Source: a virus. Taken from it: a stretch of 64,000 nt of DNA. Shown piece after piece: positions 55,019 through 64,000 of the stretch; the stretch's first letter is position 1; each line of letters starts with the position of its first letter. A program made the position numbers and the translations under genes. Below the pieces are notes generated by a model, which searched no databases, had not been told where the DNA came from, and worked only from the letters and a program-made list of their open reading frames with translations. The DNA is taken from IMG/VR virus record IMGVR_UViG_3300033429_000001, positions 1-64,000 of that record. One strand, 5' to 3'.

Positions 55019-57852
55019 TGCCAACAACTTCCAGAACCATAGAGGTCAGAATAACCGGTGAAGATGCCGGGGCGTCCAAGACTCTTGATAAAGTCGGGGG
55101 CGCGGTCACTTCTTTGGGAAACGTGGCTCTGGGGGTGGCTGCCGGAGGATTGGCCGCATTGGGGGCTGGACTGCTTGGGATAGGGGCAATTGCCTTTGAT
55201 GCTGCCCTTGACTTTGATAATGCCTCAAAAAAGATTCAGGCTTCAATGGGGCTATTGCCAGAGGAGGCCGAAAAATTCGACAAGATTATCACACAGGTTT
55301 ATCGTGATAACTTTGGTGACTCTATGGCCGATGTCGGGCAGGCGGTTACGGATGTCGGACTGAAGCTCAAAACGCTTGGCATTGAATCTGAGGGGGCAAT
55401 CACAAGTGCCACCGAGGATGCCTTATCTTTGCGCGACGCCTTCGACGTAGATGTAAATGAAAGCATCGAGGCGGCGGCTGAATTAGTAAGAACTGGACTG
55501 GCCCCTAATTTTGATTCTGCCTTTGACCTCATTACCACTGGCTTCCAGCGAGGCTTGAATTCAAGCGGAGATTTCTTAGATTCTATCTCAGAATACTCAA
55601 CCCAATTCGCTGAACTTGATGCAACCGGCGGCGAGTTTTTCTCAGCACTTGAAACCGGGCTGGCAGGCGGGGTACTTGGAACTGATAAAATTGGTGATGC
55701 CTTTAAGGAATTCAGATTGAGAATTTTAGACGGTTCTGACGCAACATCGGAGGCAGTCACGGCCCTGGAGGGTATTCTTGGGGTTCCAGCAGAGGACTTC
55801 CTGGATGGCATCGCAAGCGGCCAAATACGCGGAGTGGATGCTGCACAGCAATTAGTTGACGCTTTATCCAAGGTAGAGGACAAAGAGGAAGGGCTGGCAA
55901 TTGGGGCGGCTCTATTCGGCACTCAATTCGAGGATTTGGGAGACACAACCCTGGCGGCAGTCAATATAATGGAAACCGGTATGGACGACTTGGCCGGGGC
56001 CACTGACAGTTTAGGTGTACAGTATGACACCCTGGGGTCGGCAATGGAGGGCCTGAAGCGGATAGGGATATTGGCCTTAAAGCCTATTGGGGATATTTTG
56101 CTTGATTTGGCAAAAAAGGCACTACCTGCTTTGGAAAGCGGAATGGAGGCTCTTGAACCAATCATAGCAAACGCGGTCAGCGCCTTTGAGAGTATCATAC
56201 TTACAATTGAGGCCTTCATTGGTGGTGCCTCTGGCGATTTTCCATGGGAGGATATTTTTCCTCCCTGGTTGGCAGACTTGATGTATGAAGTTAGTCTTGC
56301 TTTTGAGCCAATTAGAGATGCAATAAAAGAACTGACAAAGACAATTTTTGGAGACTTATCAAAAGGCACATCTTCGGCGAAAGATTCGTTAAAAAATATT
56401 CTGGGCGGGGCACTTAAATTTTTGGCAGATACGGTATTTCCTGCCTTGACTAAAGTCATAGGCTTCGTCAACGACCACTGGGACGAATTCAAGGGGGCCA
56501 TCCTTGGCGTCGGTGCGGCACTGACCGGAGCCGGAATCGTGGCTATCATTGCTACTATCGGCAGCGTAATCGCCTCTCTTGCTTCTCCAATCTTGGCGAT
56601 TATTGCTCTGGCGGCCCTCTTGGGGGCGGCATGGGCTGGTGACTGGGGCGGAATTCGCACCATAATCACCGAAGCCTGGGAGGGCACTATCAAGCCGGTT
56701 CTGATGGAGCTATGGGAATGGTTATCAATCAATGTCCCCGCAGCCATCGCAACATTAACGGCATTTTTCAATGATACTTTACTTCCTATTTTCAATTCAG
56801 TATTTGGCTCAATTCAGGAGACCGGAACCGGTGCCCTGAGTGCCCTGACCGAGTTCTGGGCAGAGCATGGCGAAAGTGTGATGCTGATTGTAGCAACTTT
56901 CCTGAATTTCATATGGGGCAACATCCAGAGCGTTTTAACCAGCATCCAGAATTTCTGGGACAAATGGGGTGATGAAATCATCGCTATTGTCCTAATTATG
57001 TGGAGGGTCATGCAAGCTCAATTCAAGACGGCCCTAAAAATCATCGGCGGAATAATTGAAGCTTTCGCCGCACTGATAAAAGGAGACTGGAGCGCGTTCG
57101 GCGAGGCCCTAAAAAGCATCTGGACAGCATTATGGGAATTTCACCAGACAATCATGCAGGCAGCTTTCGACATAATTTTGGTGCTTATTGATGAGGTGAT
57201 TGTATCTATAAATGAATCGTGGGCCGCATTCATACAAAATATACAGGATTTATGGGAGGCCGGCTGGCATGCTGTGGCTCAAGCTGTCACAGATGCCAAG
57301 CAAGCTATCATTGACGCGGTGAATAAAATTATCGATGCGATCAAGGCCCTATTCACCACCGATAAATTCAAGGAAATGGGCGAAAAGATCATAGACGGCA
57401 TAAAGGACGGGATCGAGGATGCAAAATCCGAGGTAACGTCGAAAATAAACAGTATTATTTCGGACATCAAGGCCCTATTCTCGGCAAGTGCTTTCAAAGC
57501 GTTGGGAACTAATATTGCCGATGGATTACAGCAGGGCCTCGCGGACAGCAAGCAAGCCCTGATAGATTTCATCAAAGGAATCGCGGGGGATATGATTCAG
57601 GCCGTAAAAGACATGTTCGGAATCGAGTCTCCATCGAAGGTGTTTGTCGGTATCGGAGAAAATATCAACCAGGGGTTGGCAATGGGCATTGCGTCCAGTG
57701 CCGACTTGCCGGCCCAGGCCATCCAGAACAGCGCATCAAGCGTAGTAAATAATACCACAAACATTTTTAATCAAACCATTAACGGCGGCGTACCGTCTGC
57801 CGGTAGAGAATTTGAGATGATGAGATCGGAGGCGGCAGCCTTTGGGAGCTAA
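55018..57852 (+). CDS. Tail tape measure protein
   Basis: 944 aa, helical, W/F periodic repeats, FGIESPSKVF..IG.NI..GL..GI. Confidence 0.93.
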   Translation: MPTTSRTIEVRITGEDAGASKTLDKVGGAVTSLGNVALGVAAGGLAALGAGLLGIGAIAFDAALDFDNASKKIQASMGLLPEEAEKFDKIITQVYRDNFGDSMADVGQAVTDVGLKLKTLGIESEGAITSATEDALSLRDAFDVDVNESIEAAAELVRTGLAPNFDSAFDLITTGFQRGLNSSGDFLDSISEYSTQFAELDATGGEFFSALETGLAGGVLGTDKIGDAFKEFRLRILDGSDATSEAVTALEGILGVPAEDFLDGIASGQIRGVDAAQQLVDALSKVEDKEEGLAIGAALFGTQFEDLGDTTLAAVNIMETGMDDLAGATDSLGVQYDTLGSAMEGLKRIGILALKPIGDILLDLAKKALPALESGMEALEPIIANAVSAFESIILTIEAFIGGASGDFPWEDIFPPWLADLMYEVSLAFEPIRDAIKELTKTIFGDLSKGTSSAKDSLKNILGGALKFLADTVFPALTKVIGFVNDHWDEFKGAILGVGAALTGAGIVAIIATIGSVIASLASPILAIIALAALLGAAWAGDWGGIRTIITEAWEGTIKPVLMELWEWLSINVPAAIATLTAFFNDTLLPIFNSVFGSIQETGTGALSALTEFWAEHGESVMLIVATFLNFIWGNIQSVLTSIQNFWDKWGDEIIAIVLIMWRVMQAQFKTALKIIGGIIEAFAALIKGDWSAFGEALKSIWTALWEFHQTIMQAAFDIILVLIDEVIVSINESWAAFIQNIQDLWEAGWHAVAQAVTDAKQAIIDAVNKIIDAIKALFTTDKFKEMGEKIIDGIKDGIEDAKSEVTSKINSIISDIKALFSASAFKALGTNIADGLQQGLADSKQALIDFIKGIAGDMIQAVKDMFGIESPSKVFVGIGENINQGLAMGIASSADLPAQAIQNSASSVVNNTTNIFNQTINGGVPSAGREFEMMRSEAAAFGS

Positions 57853-58016
57853 GAATGAAACGACTATTTTGGATACTATGTATCCTGACAATAATTTTTT
57901 ATCTGGGAGTGATACCGGCAGAGGCCCAGGAGCCAACGGGCCAACGATGCGGAAAACCATCACAGACGTTACCGGGCAAAATCCATCTACCAGTAATCGT
58001 AAAAGAGGTAAATACT

Positions 58017-61000
58017 ATGGCAGTTAACACAGATTTATGGTGGGTGGTTATTCCAGAATCAACGACAAATTTGGTATTAAACCCATCAGCAGAAAAAGAT
58101 TTAACTGGCTACGCCATCATTGACACTCTGGGAGGCGGGAGTATCGCCCGCTCAACAGTTCACCAACGCAGGGGGGTATATTCAATTAAGGTATCTCCAT
58201 CGGCAGGTGTAACTGACGGGATAAAATATTCAATCAGTCTATCCACTGTCACGTGGTACACGTTCAGCGTAGATGTGCGGGGAGAGGACGGCGAGGGTTA
58301 TGTTGTTGATATTTATGACAGCGCGACATCCACCGTTTTGGAATCAATTTCGTTTATAGCTGACGGGGCTTGGGCCAGATATGCAGTCAGGGCCAAGACC
58401 GGGACAAATACGACGATTGATGTCAGGGTCTACAAAAATAACGATGCCAACACATTTGGCTATTATGTTGATGGCTTCCAGGTAGAGCAGAAATTGTATG
58501 CTACCGACTACTGTGACGGTGATCAGGACGGATGTCGGTGGGCAGCCGGGGCACATCAATCGACCAGTAGCAGACAGGAGCAATTTAGTGGAGCCGGCAG
58601 GCCGGTCAGTTTGTTTGATTATGATTTCAATGTGGGGGGGCCAACTATTGGGGCAGGAATGACATCTGTGCAAATTACGGCGGATCGTCCAGCCCTGGGA
58701 GAGGGAACGGTATTCAGACGGCAATCGCTTTTAGAGAGGATAACGAGCATCCCAGGTTTTCTTAAAGAGGATGATTTACAAGCCCTCCATGCTACCCGGA
58801 GTCAGTTGCTACAGATTTTTAATCCGAATAGATTCGCAACTCTGCAACCGATTCACTTGCGCTACATCGGCAGCGGCAAGACGCTTGACTGCGCGTTTTA
58901 TTATCAAGATGGTCTGGGTGGAAAAATAGACGGTTGCGAAAGTGAGTTTATTGAAAGTTTGAGACTTTACGCAGCTGACCCGTTTTGGCTTGAGAGTGAT
59001 CGCATTTTTAACGCGGTAGATATTTCCGAGGGTATCGGTACCGGGGACAGTGCCAGCACGGGAGCCGCGAGCAATAATGGTGGTGGAGGAAATGATGTGG
59101 CATTCGCGGCGACAACTCAGGAAGACATTGTTAACGTGAATTACATTATCCAGAAGGATAGCCTGGGGGATTATAGTAGAATGGGAACGGGGTTGGCGTT
59201 GGCGGCTCCAGGAATTCTTAGTAGTGCTGTAAATTCAATAGCCATTGCCCCAGATGGCACATTATATGTAGGTGGGGTATTTACAACAGTAGGGGGAGCT
59301 ACGGTCAATCGTATCGCCAGATGGGACGGCGCAAACTGGACGGCTCTGAATAACGGAATGAATGGTATCGTCTATTCAGTAGCCGTAGCCCCGGATGGTA
59401 CATTATACGCGGGTGGATTGTTTACATTAGCTGACGGCGTTGCTAACACAGCATATATAGCCAAATGGGACGGCGCAAACTGGACGGCCCTCGGTACTGG
59501 AATGAACAATTGGGTAAAGACCGTAGCCGTAGCCCCGGATGGTACAGTTTACGCGGGGGGCGCGTTTACACTGGCAGGCGGTGTTGCTAACACGGCATAT
59601 ATAGCCAAATGGGACGGCGCAGTCTGGACACCTCTTACCACCGGGATGAATGCCGCCGTAAATTCAATAGATATTGCCTCGGATGGGACAACATTGTATG
59701 TAGGTGGCACTTTCACAACATCTGGCGGAGTAACCACCAATCGTATCGCCAAGTGGGACGGTGTAGCTTGGACGGCTCTTGGTACTGGAATGAATAATAT
59801 TGTTTGGGGTGTAGCCGTTGCCTCAGATGGTACAGTATATGCGGGCGGAACTTTCACAACATCTGGCGGAGTAACCACCAATCGTATCGCCAAGTGGGAC
59901 GGTGTAGCTTGGACGGCTCTTGGTACTGGAATGAATGTTTACGTGAATGCAATTGCCGTAGCCCCAGATGGTACATTTTACGCGGGGGGAAATTTCACAA
60001 CATCCGGTGGGGTAACTACAAACTATATAGCCAAGTGGGAGGGCGCAGCCTGGACGGCTCTTGGTACTGGAATGAATAATGAAGTCAGGGCAATAGTCAT
60101 TTCCCCAGATGAAACATTATTTGTAGGTGGGCTTTTTACAGTATCCGGTGGGGTAACTACAAACTATATAGCCAAGTGGAGTGGTGTATCATGGCGCACA
60201 ATAGCCGAAGCCGCAAAACAAATTTTACAAGCAATGGACGGTAAAATTTATGTGGGGGGCGGATACACTAACGCGGGCGGGGTAGCAAATGCAGATTATA
60301 TAGCGTACTGGGATACAATCGGGGGGGACTGGAACGCTCTATCTACCGGCACAAATGGTATTGTACAAGCCATTGCCGAAGCCCCAAACGGAGACATCTA
60401 TATCGGCGGTTCGTTCCCTCTGGCCGGCGGCGTAGGTAATACCGTAAACATTGCCTACTGGGATATAAGCGCGTCCGTTTGGCTTCCATTGTCCACTGGG
60501 GTTAATGGTACTGTTTCATCTCTGGCGATTGCGCCCAACGGAGACTTATACATAGGAGGGCTATTCCTTGATGCTGGCGGCGTAGCCGATACTAAAAATC
60601 TGGCAATGTGGGACGGGGCTGCATTCAACGCACTATCAGCAGAACCAAATAGCGCAGTTAATGACCTAAGATTCAATTCTGCCGGACAACTCTACATCGG
60701 CGGCGCATTCACCGACATAGGCGGTACGACCTATGATTACGTGGCCCTCTACACTCCTTCAACCGATACCTTCTCAGCCCTTGAGAATGGCTCAAACGGT
60801 TTTGTCAATTCCATCGACATTGGCCCAGACGGGTCGGTTTATCTCGGCGGAACTTTCACGCAGGCCGGCTCAGTGGCAGCCAACTATGTGGTTTGCTGGA
60901 ATGGCACGGCATTTTCACCGCTTGGGGATGGCCTCAATAATGTGGCCTATGTTGTCAGGACTGACCCGACCGGATTGGTACATGTCGGGGGAGCGTTTAC

Positions 61001-61178
61001 AGAGGCCGGCGGCATCTCTCTGCCCGACAAAATAGCCGTTTGGAATGGCAGCAACTGGGTACCGCTTGATGTTGATCTGCCCGGCACCGCCGCCGTGGAA
61101 GCTATCCTATTCGCCCAGACAATCACCGTCTTTGGATTTGATACCAGCGGCACAGCCGTCGCAGCAAAGGTAAACTAG
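58017..61178 (+). CDS. Distal tail/baseplate protein with carbohydrate-binding-like domain and beta-propeller repeats (frame open upstream to 57855)
   Basis: GAGGT RBS; TNLVLNPSAE, DGFQVE, A.DPFW; ~47-aa LYVGG.FT..GG...N.IAKWDG..W..LG.G repeats. Confidence 0.85.
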   Translation: MAVNTDLWWVVIPESTTNLVLNPSAEKDLTGYAIIDTLGGGSIARSTVHQRRGVYSIKVSPSAGVTDGIKYSISLSTVTWYTFSVDVRGEDGEGYVVDIYDSATSTVLESISFIADGAWARYAVRAKTGTNTTIDVRVYKNNDANTFGYYVDGFQVEQKLYATDYCDGDQDGCRWAAGAHQSTSSRQEQFSGAGRPVSLFDYDFNVGGPTIGAGMTSVQITADRPALGEGTVFRRQSLLERITSIPGFLKEDDLQALHATRSQLLQIFNPNRFATLQPIHLRYIGSGKTLDCAFYYQDGLGGKIDGCESEFIESLRLYAADPFWLESDRIFNAVDISEGIGTGDSASTGAASNNGGGGNDVAFAATTQEDIVNVNYIIQKDSLGDYSRMGTGLALAAPGILSSAVNSIAIAPDGTLYVGGVFTTVGGATVNRIARWDGANWTALNNGMNGIVYSVAVAPDGTLYAGGLFTLADGVANTAYIAKWDGANWTALGTGMNNWVKTVAVAPDGTVYAGGAFTLAGGVANTAYIAKWDGAVWTPLTTGMNAAVNSIDIASDGTTLYVGGTFTTSGGVTTNRIAKWDGVAWTALGTGMNNIVWGVAVASDGTVYAGGTFTTSGGVTTNRIAKWDGVAWTALGTGMNVYVNAIAVAPDGTFYAGGNFTTSGGVTTNYIAKWEGAAWTALGTGMNNEVRAIVISPDETLFVGGLFTVSGGVTTNYIAKWSGVSWRTIAEAAKQILQAMDGKIYVGGGYTNAGGVANADYIAYWDTIGGDWNALSTGTNGIVQAIAEAPNGDIYIGGSFPLAGGVGNTVNIAYWDISASVWLPLSTGVNGTVSSLAIAPNGDLYIGGLFLDAGGVADTKNLAMWDGAAFNALSAEPNSAVNDLRFNSAGQLYIGGAFTDIGGTTYDYVALYTPSTDTFSALENGSNGFVNSIDIGPDGSVYLGGTFTQAGSVAANYVVCWNGTAFSPLGDGLNNVAYVVRTDPTGLVHVGGAFTEAGGISLPDKIAVWNGSNWVPLDVDLPGTAAVEAILFAQTITVFGFDTSGTAVAAKVN
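59709..59936. repeat. Two identical 87-bp segments 141 bp apart (59709-59795, 59850-59936) in the propeller repeats
   Basis: Direct comparison. Confidence 0.85.
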
Positions 61179-61532
61179 ATGACCGTCACAAACAATGGCA
61201 CCGCTGAAGCTTATCCGATAGTTGTGTTTACCTGTACCGGTAGCGACGGCGTTTTGTATCATCTAAAAAACACCTCGACCGATGATGAGATATATTTCAA
61301 CTACACCATGCAAAACGGGGAGACGGCTACACTAGATTTGAGGAGAGGTAAGAAGACTTTTACCTCGACATTCTTGGGTAATCTATTGAGCCAGGGGGCA
61401 ATCATCGAGGGTAGCGACGTAACAACGCTGCGGTTGCTATCTGGCTCATTAAATAATATTAGCATTTTTACCGGGGCAGATGTGTCTGCCTCGTTGAAGT
61501 GGGATACGACATATTTGAGCTTTGACGGGTAG
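61179..61532 (+). CDS. C-terminal domain of the distal tail protein, in frame after a single TAG
   Basis: VTNNGTAEAYP, L.N..T...IYF...GE..T.D...GKKT..S, L..G.NNI. Confidence 0.7.
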   Translation: MTVTNNGTAEAYPIVVFTCTGSDGVLYHLKNTSTDDEIYFNYTMQNGETATLDLRRGKKTFTSTFLGNLLSQGAIIEGSDVTTLRLLSGSLNNISIFTGADVSASLKWDTTYLSFDG

Positions 61533-61586
61533 GGATTTGTAGCCTTATCCTTAGTTGCTCAACACAAATGGAGTTTACGTAAAACG

Positions 61587-62813
61587 ATGAAAAAAGTTGC
61601 AATCTTCACAGATTTTATCAATTTCGATGAGGCATACTCCCTATGTCGAGTGGTAAAGAATCAAGTAAAGATGCTCGTCGAGAATGGATACAAGCCAATG
61701 TTGCTTGTCAGGAAAGGCTTTAATCATAGTCAATTTTTCCCAGGTGCTGACATAAAAATCCTGGACCACGGAGAGACCGGCAGCAACACTGTCAAAATTA
61801 CTGGCCAATCTGAGGGTGACATACAGGGGTTGGTTGAGCAAATAGAGAAGTGTCTATCTGATGTAGACGTGATCTTGACGCATGACTTAATCTACCAGGC
61901 TAACATGTGGAAGGCCCAAGTAGCAGCGCGTAGATTCGCAAGTAAAAATCCTGACAAAAAGTGGTTGCATTGGGTACATTCTGCTACTGGTCATAACGTG
62001 GCCAGGCAGGTTGGGAAATTCAGAAACGAATTAAAGGGTAAGTTTCCTAACTCATTGCTTGTGGCAATGCACCCCGAGGAGATCAATCGCAAGGGAGGAA
62101 TGTACGGCTATGAACAGGATGAGATTGTCATCATTCCCAACTCGCTTGATTTGACAGAATATTACCACCCTATGGCGGCAAAGATAATCGAAAAGGCCGA
62201 CCTGGTCAACCAGGATATTATTGCCGTCTACCCGGCCCGACTGGATCGTGGCAAGCAGCCCCACATCATCTGCGAGATATTCAAAGAATTGGCTGGAATG
62301 GGTTATCGGGCCAAGGTGATTATTGTAGACTTCCATTCTGTAAGCGGTGATAAGGAAAAATATCGCAAAGAGATCAAAAAAGAATTTGGCGATGTTGTTT
62401 TCTTTTCCTCAGACATCGAGAAATATTGCATTCCCCACCAGGCAGTGATGAATCTATTTGAGTATGCTGACATCCTGATACACCCTTCCAGAAGCGAAAG
62501 CGATCCCCTCATTTTACCTGAAGCGGCGTGGCAGCGGTGCGGGCTGGTATTGAACTTCGACTTGCCATTATTTCGACAATATGACGGTCAGGCCCTACTC
62601 TATAAATTTTCCTCGAATATTGACACCGTGACCGGGCAGTCAGGCGAGACGAACACAGAGTACGCTGATAGGGCAGACTACATGCGGCACGTGGCCGCAG
62701 GGGTGGCCTATCAGATGGAAAACAACGCCCAACTAAAAAACCATGCCAGGATGAGACACGAGCGAAGCCTTGAGGCGGTGTGGAAAAAATTATGGGGAGC
62801 GATTGAGCGATGA
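61587..62813 (+). CDS. GT-B (GT4-like) glycosyltransferase
   Basis: THD, VIIPNS.D, PARL..GK, PSRSES..L...EA. Confidence 0.85.
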   Translation: MKKVAIFTDFINFDEAYSLCRVVKNQVKMLVENGYKPMLLVRKGFNHSQFFPGADIKILDHGETGSNTVKITGQSEGDIQGLVEQIEKCLSDVDVILTHDLIYQANMWKAQVAARRFASKNPDKKWLHWVHSATGHNVARQVGKFRNELKGKFPNSLLVAMHPEEINRKGGMYGYEQDEIVIIPNSLDLTEYYHPMAAKIIEKADLVNQDIIAVYPARLDRGKQPHIICEIFKELAGMGYRAKVIIVDFHSVSGDKEKYRKEIKKEFGDVVFFSSDIEKYCIPHQAVMNLFEYADILIHPSRSESDPLILPEAAWQRCGLVLNFDLPLFRQYDGQALLYKFSSNIDTVTGQSGETNTEYADRADYMRHVAAGVAYQMENNAQLKNHARMRHERSLEAVWKKLWGAIER

Positions 62814-63361
62814 CTATTCCAGTTTACCCGTGGCAGGAACTTGGGGTGTGGGCTGAACCAGACCCCTGCACCATACATCTGCACTGGGTTTTTTACAGTC
62901 TCCTAAAATTTAGGAACGCTCGGCACCCTCAACAGACCGTAGAAATCGGTATAGGGCGCGGGTACGGAACATATCTTTTTGGAATGTTTGCCAAGGAGGA
63001 AGGCGGTCACCACGCGGCCATTGACGTAGCCTCTGCCCCTATACAGAGAGCGGTGAAAATAAGAGACAAATTTGACTTGCCGGTCGAGGTAATCCAGGCC
63101 GATAGTAAAGAGGTGGATTGGACAGGCAAGCCCATTGACTTAATTTTTATTGACGGCAATCATACCTATGACGGCGTCATCGGCGACATTGATAATTTTG
63201 TTCATCTGGTACGGCGAAATGGATTAGTATTTTTTCACGATTACCACAATCAGAGGTGGGAGGTAAAAAGGGCGGTAGATGAACGGTTCGACCAACAAAA
63301 ACACGAAATGCTTGAATTGCCGTATACCTCGATTGGATGTGCCGTATGGCGTGTGAAGTAA
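62810..63361 (+). CDS. Class I methyltransferase (Methyltransf_24-like)
   Basis: VEIG..RG, IDLIFIDGNHTYDGV..D, G...FHDY. Confidence 0.88.
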   Translation: MTIPVYPWQELGVWAEPDPCTIHLHWVFYSLLKFRNARHPQQTVEIGIGRGYGTYLFGMFAKEEGGHHAAIDVASAPIQRAVKIRDKFDLPVEVIQADSKEVDWTGKPIDLIFIDGNHTYDGVIGDIDNFVHLVRRNGLVFFHDYHNQRWEVKRAVDERFDQQKHEMLELPYTSIGCAVWRVK

Positions 63362-64000
63362 GTATCATAATCCCAAGCAGAAACGAATTCAAAAATCTCA
63401 TTTGGACCTTGCAGGGGTTGCAACTTGAATTACAAGACGTAGACTATGAAATAATTGTGGTCTTGAACCAATGCGAAGAAAAAGAGCAGGAGAGGCTGTT
63501 AAAGTACTGGCCGGTGAGTACGGGCCGATTGAAGGTGCTGGCATATGACGAAAAGCCCTCCTGCTGGCAGGCGCGAAACTTTGGCGCAAGTCAGGCTCGG
63601 GGTGATTATCTGCTGTTTTGCGATAGTCACGTTTTGCTTACGCCTGGCAGTTTAAGAGGTGCCCTGAAGTACCATCGAGAGTTCAAGGGTATTTTACACT
63701 TTGGTATCAACTATTGGCTAGACCATCCTGAAAGAACACTCTTCCAGTACAAGTGGCAACCTCAAAAATTCTGGGGGGCCTGGACAAGAATAAAACCAGA
63801 GCCACCAGATTACCGAATTTTAATGAGCGGCCTGGCCGGGACGATGATTGACCGGTCAATTTTTCAAGAGCTTGGTGGCTTTCACCCGGCTCTCGGTATT
63901 TACGGTGGAGGCGAGCCGTATCTTGACTTAAAAACTCAGATGCATGGTTACCAGGTGCGCTGTCATCCTGACTATCAATTGTACCATCTGGCTGAGAGGC
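63346..64000 (+). CDS. GT2 family glycosyltransferase, truncated by the window end
   Basis: VSIIIPSRNE, EIIVV, ARN.GA..ARGDYLLFCDSH. Confidence 0.88.
   Translation, partial: MACEVSIIIPSRNEFKNLIWTLQGLQLELQDVDYEIIVVLNQCEEKEQERLLKYWPVSTGRLKVLAYDEKPSCWQARNFGASQARGDYLLFCDSHVLLTPGSLRGALKYHREFKGILHFGINYWLDHPERTLFQYKWQPQKFWGAWTRIKPEPPDYRILMSGLAGTMIDRSIFQELGGFHPALGIYGGGEPYLDLKTQMHGYQVRCHPDYQLYHLAER

Larger units (their letters stand above)
1..64000. mobile_element. Tailed phage/prophage genome segment (HK97-fold capsid, siphovirus tail), probably infecting Chloroflexota
   Basis: Ordered terS-terL-portal-protease-capsid-adaptor-tail tube-chaperone-tape measure-distal tail genes plus a phage replication module; no block of host housekeeping genes. 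Confidence 0.95.

Noticed and set aside
55299-57575. Long antisense ORFs in the tape measure gene (also in the capsid and portal genes)
   Set aside because: Typical antisense shadows from codon bias; no RBS or motifs.
1-64000. Genome-wide TAG recoding
   Set aside because: TAG ends many genes at expected positions (e.g. 12130, 24191, 54818) and long genes are intact in code 11; only 61176-61178 is suspect.

Overview
The window is part of one tailed dsDNA phage or prophage with an HK97-type head and a siphovirus-type tail. No integrase or host flank is visible. The host is probably a Chloroflexota bacterium, inferred from (Y/H)LPxxxK motifs on two exported proteins. Layout: leftward early genes (1-4.6 kb); divergent sigma70 promoters and an HTH repressor; a replication/methylation module (initiator with iteron origin, dual-frame C5 MTase, DnaB, MT-A70); membrane, LysM, ParB and radical-SAM genes; terS and terL; portal-MuF fusion, protease and capsid; a ~15 kb glycosylation cluster inside the head operon; tail genes with a -1 frameshift chaperone; tape measure; a beta-propeller distal-tail protein; more glycosyltransferases. 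The main finding is a self-contained cassette between terS and terL (23424-25514). It holds a stem-loop array of 10 units (stem-CCA-9 nt-TGATACCCA-9 nt-TG-stem) beside a nuclease-less IS110/Nop-domain protein, i.e. an RNA-guided TIGR-TasA-type system, and some guide units lie inside coding sequence. Also present: two duplicated structured elements with compensatory base changes, attenuator-like leaders, a tRNA-like RNA with an expanded anticodon arm, repeated promoter cassettes and many gene stubs. All calls are by eye; no database search or folding program was run.
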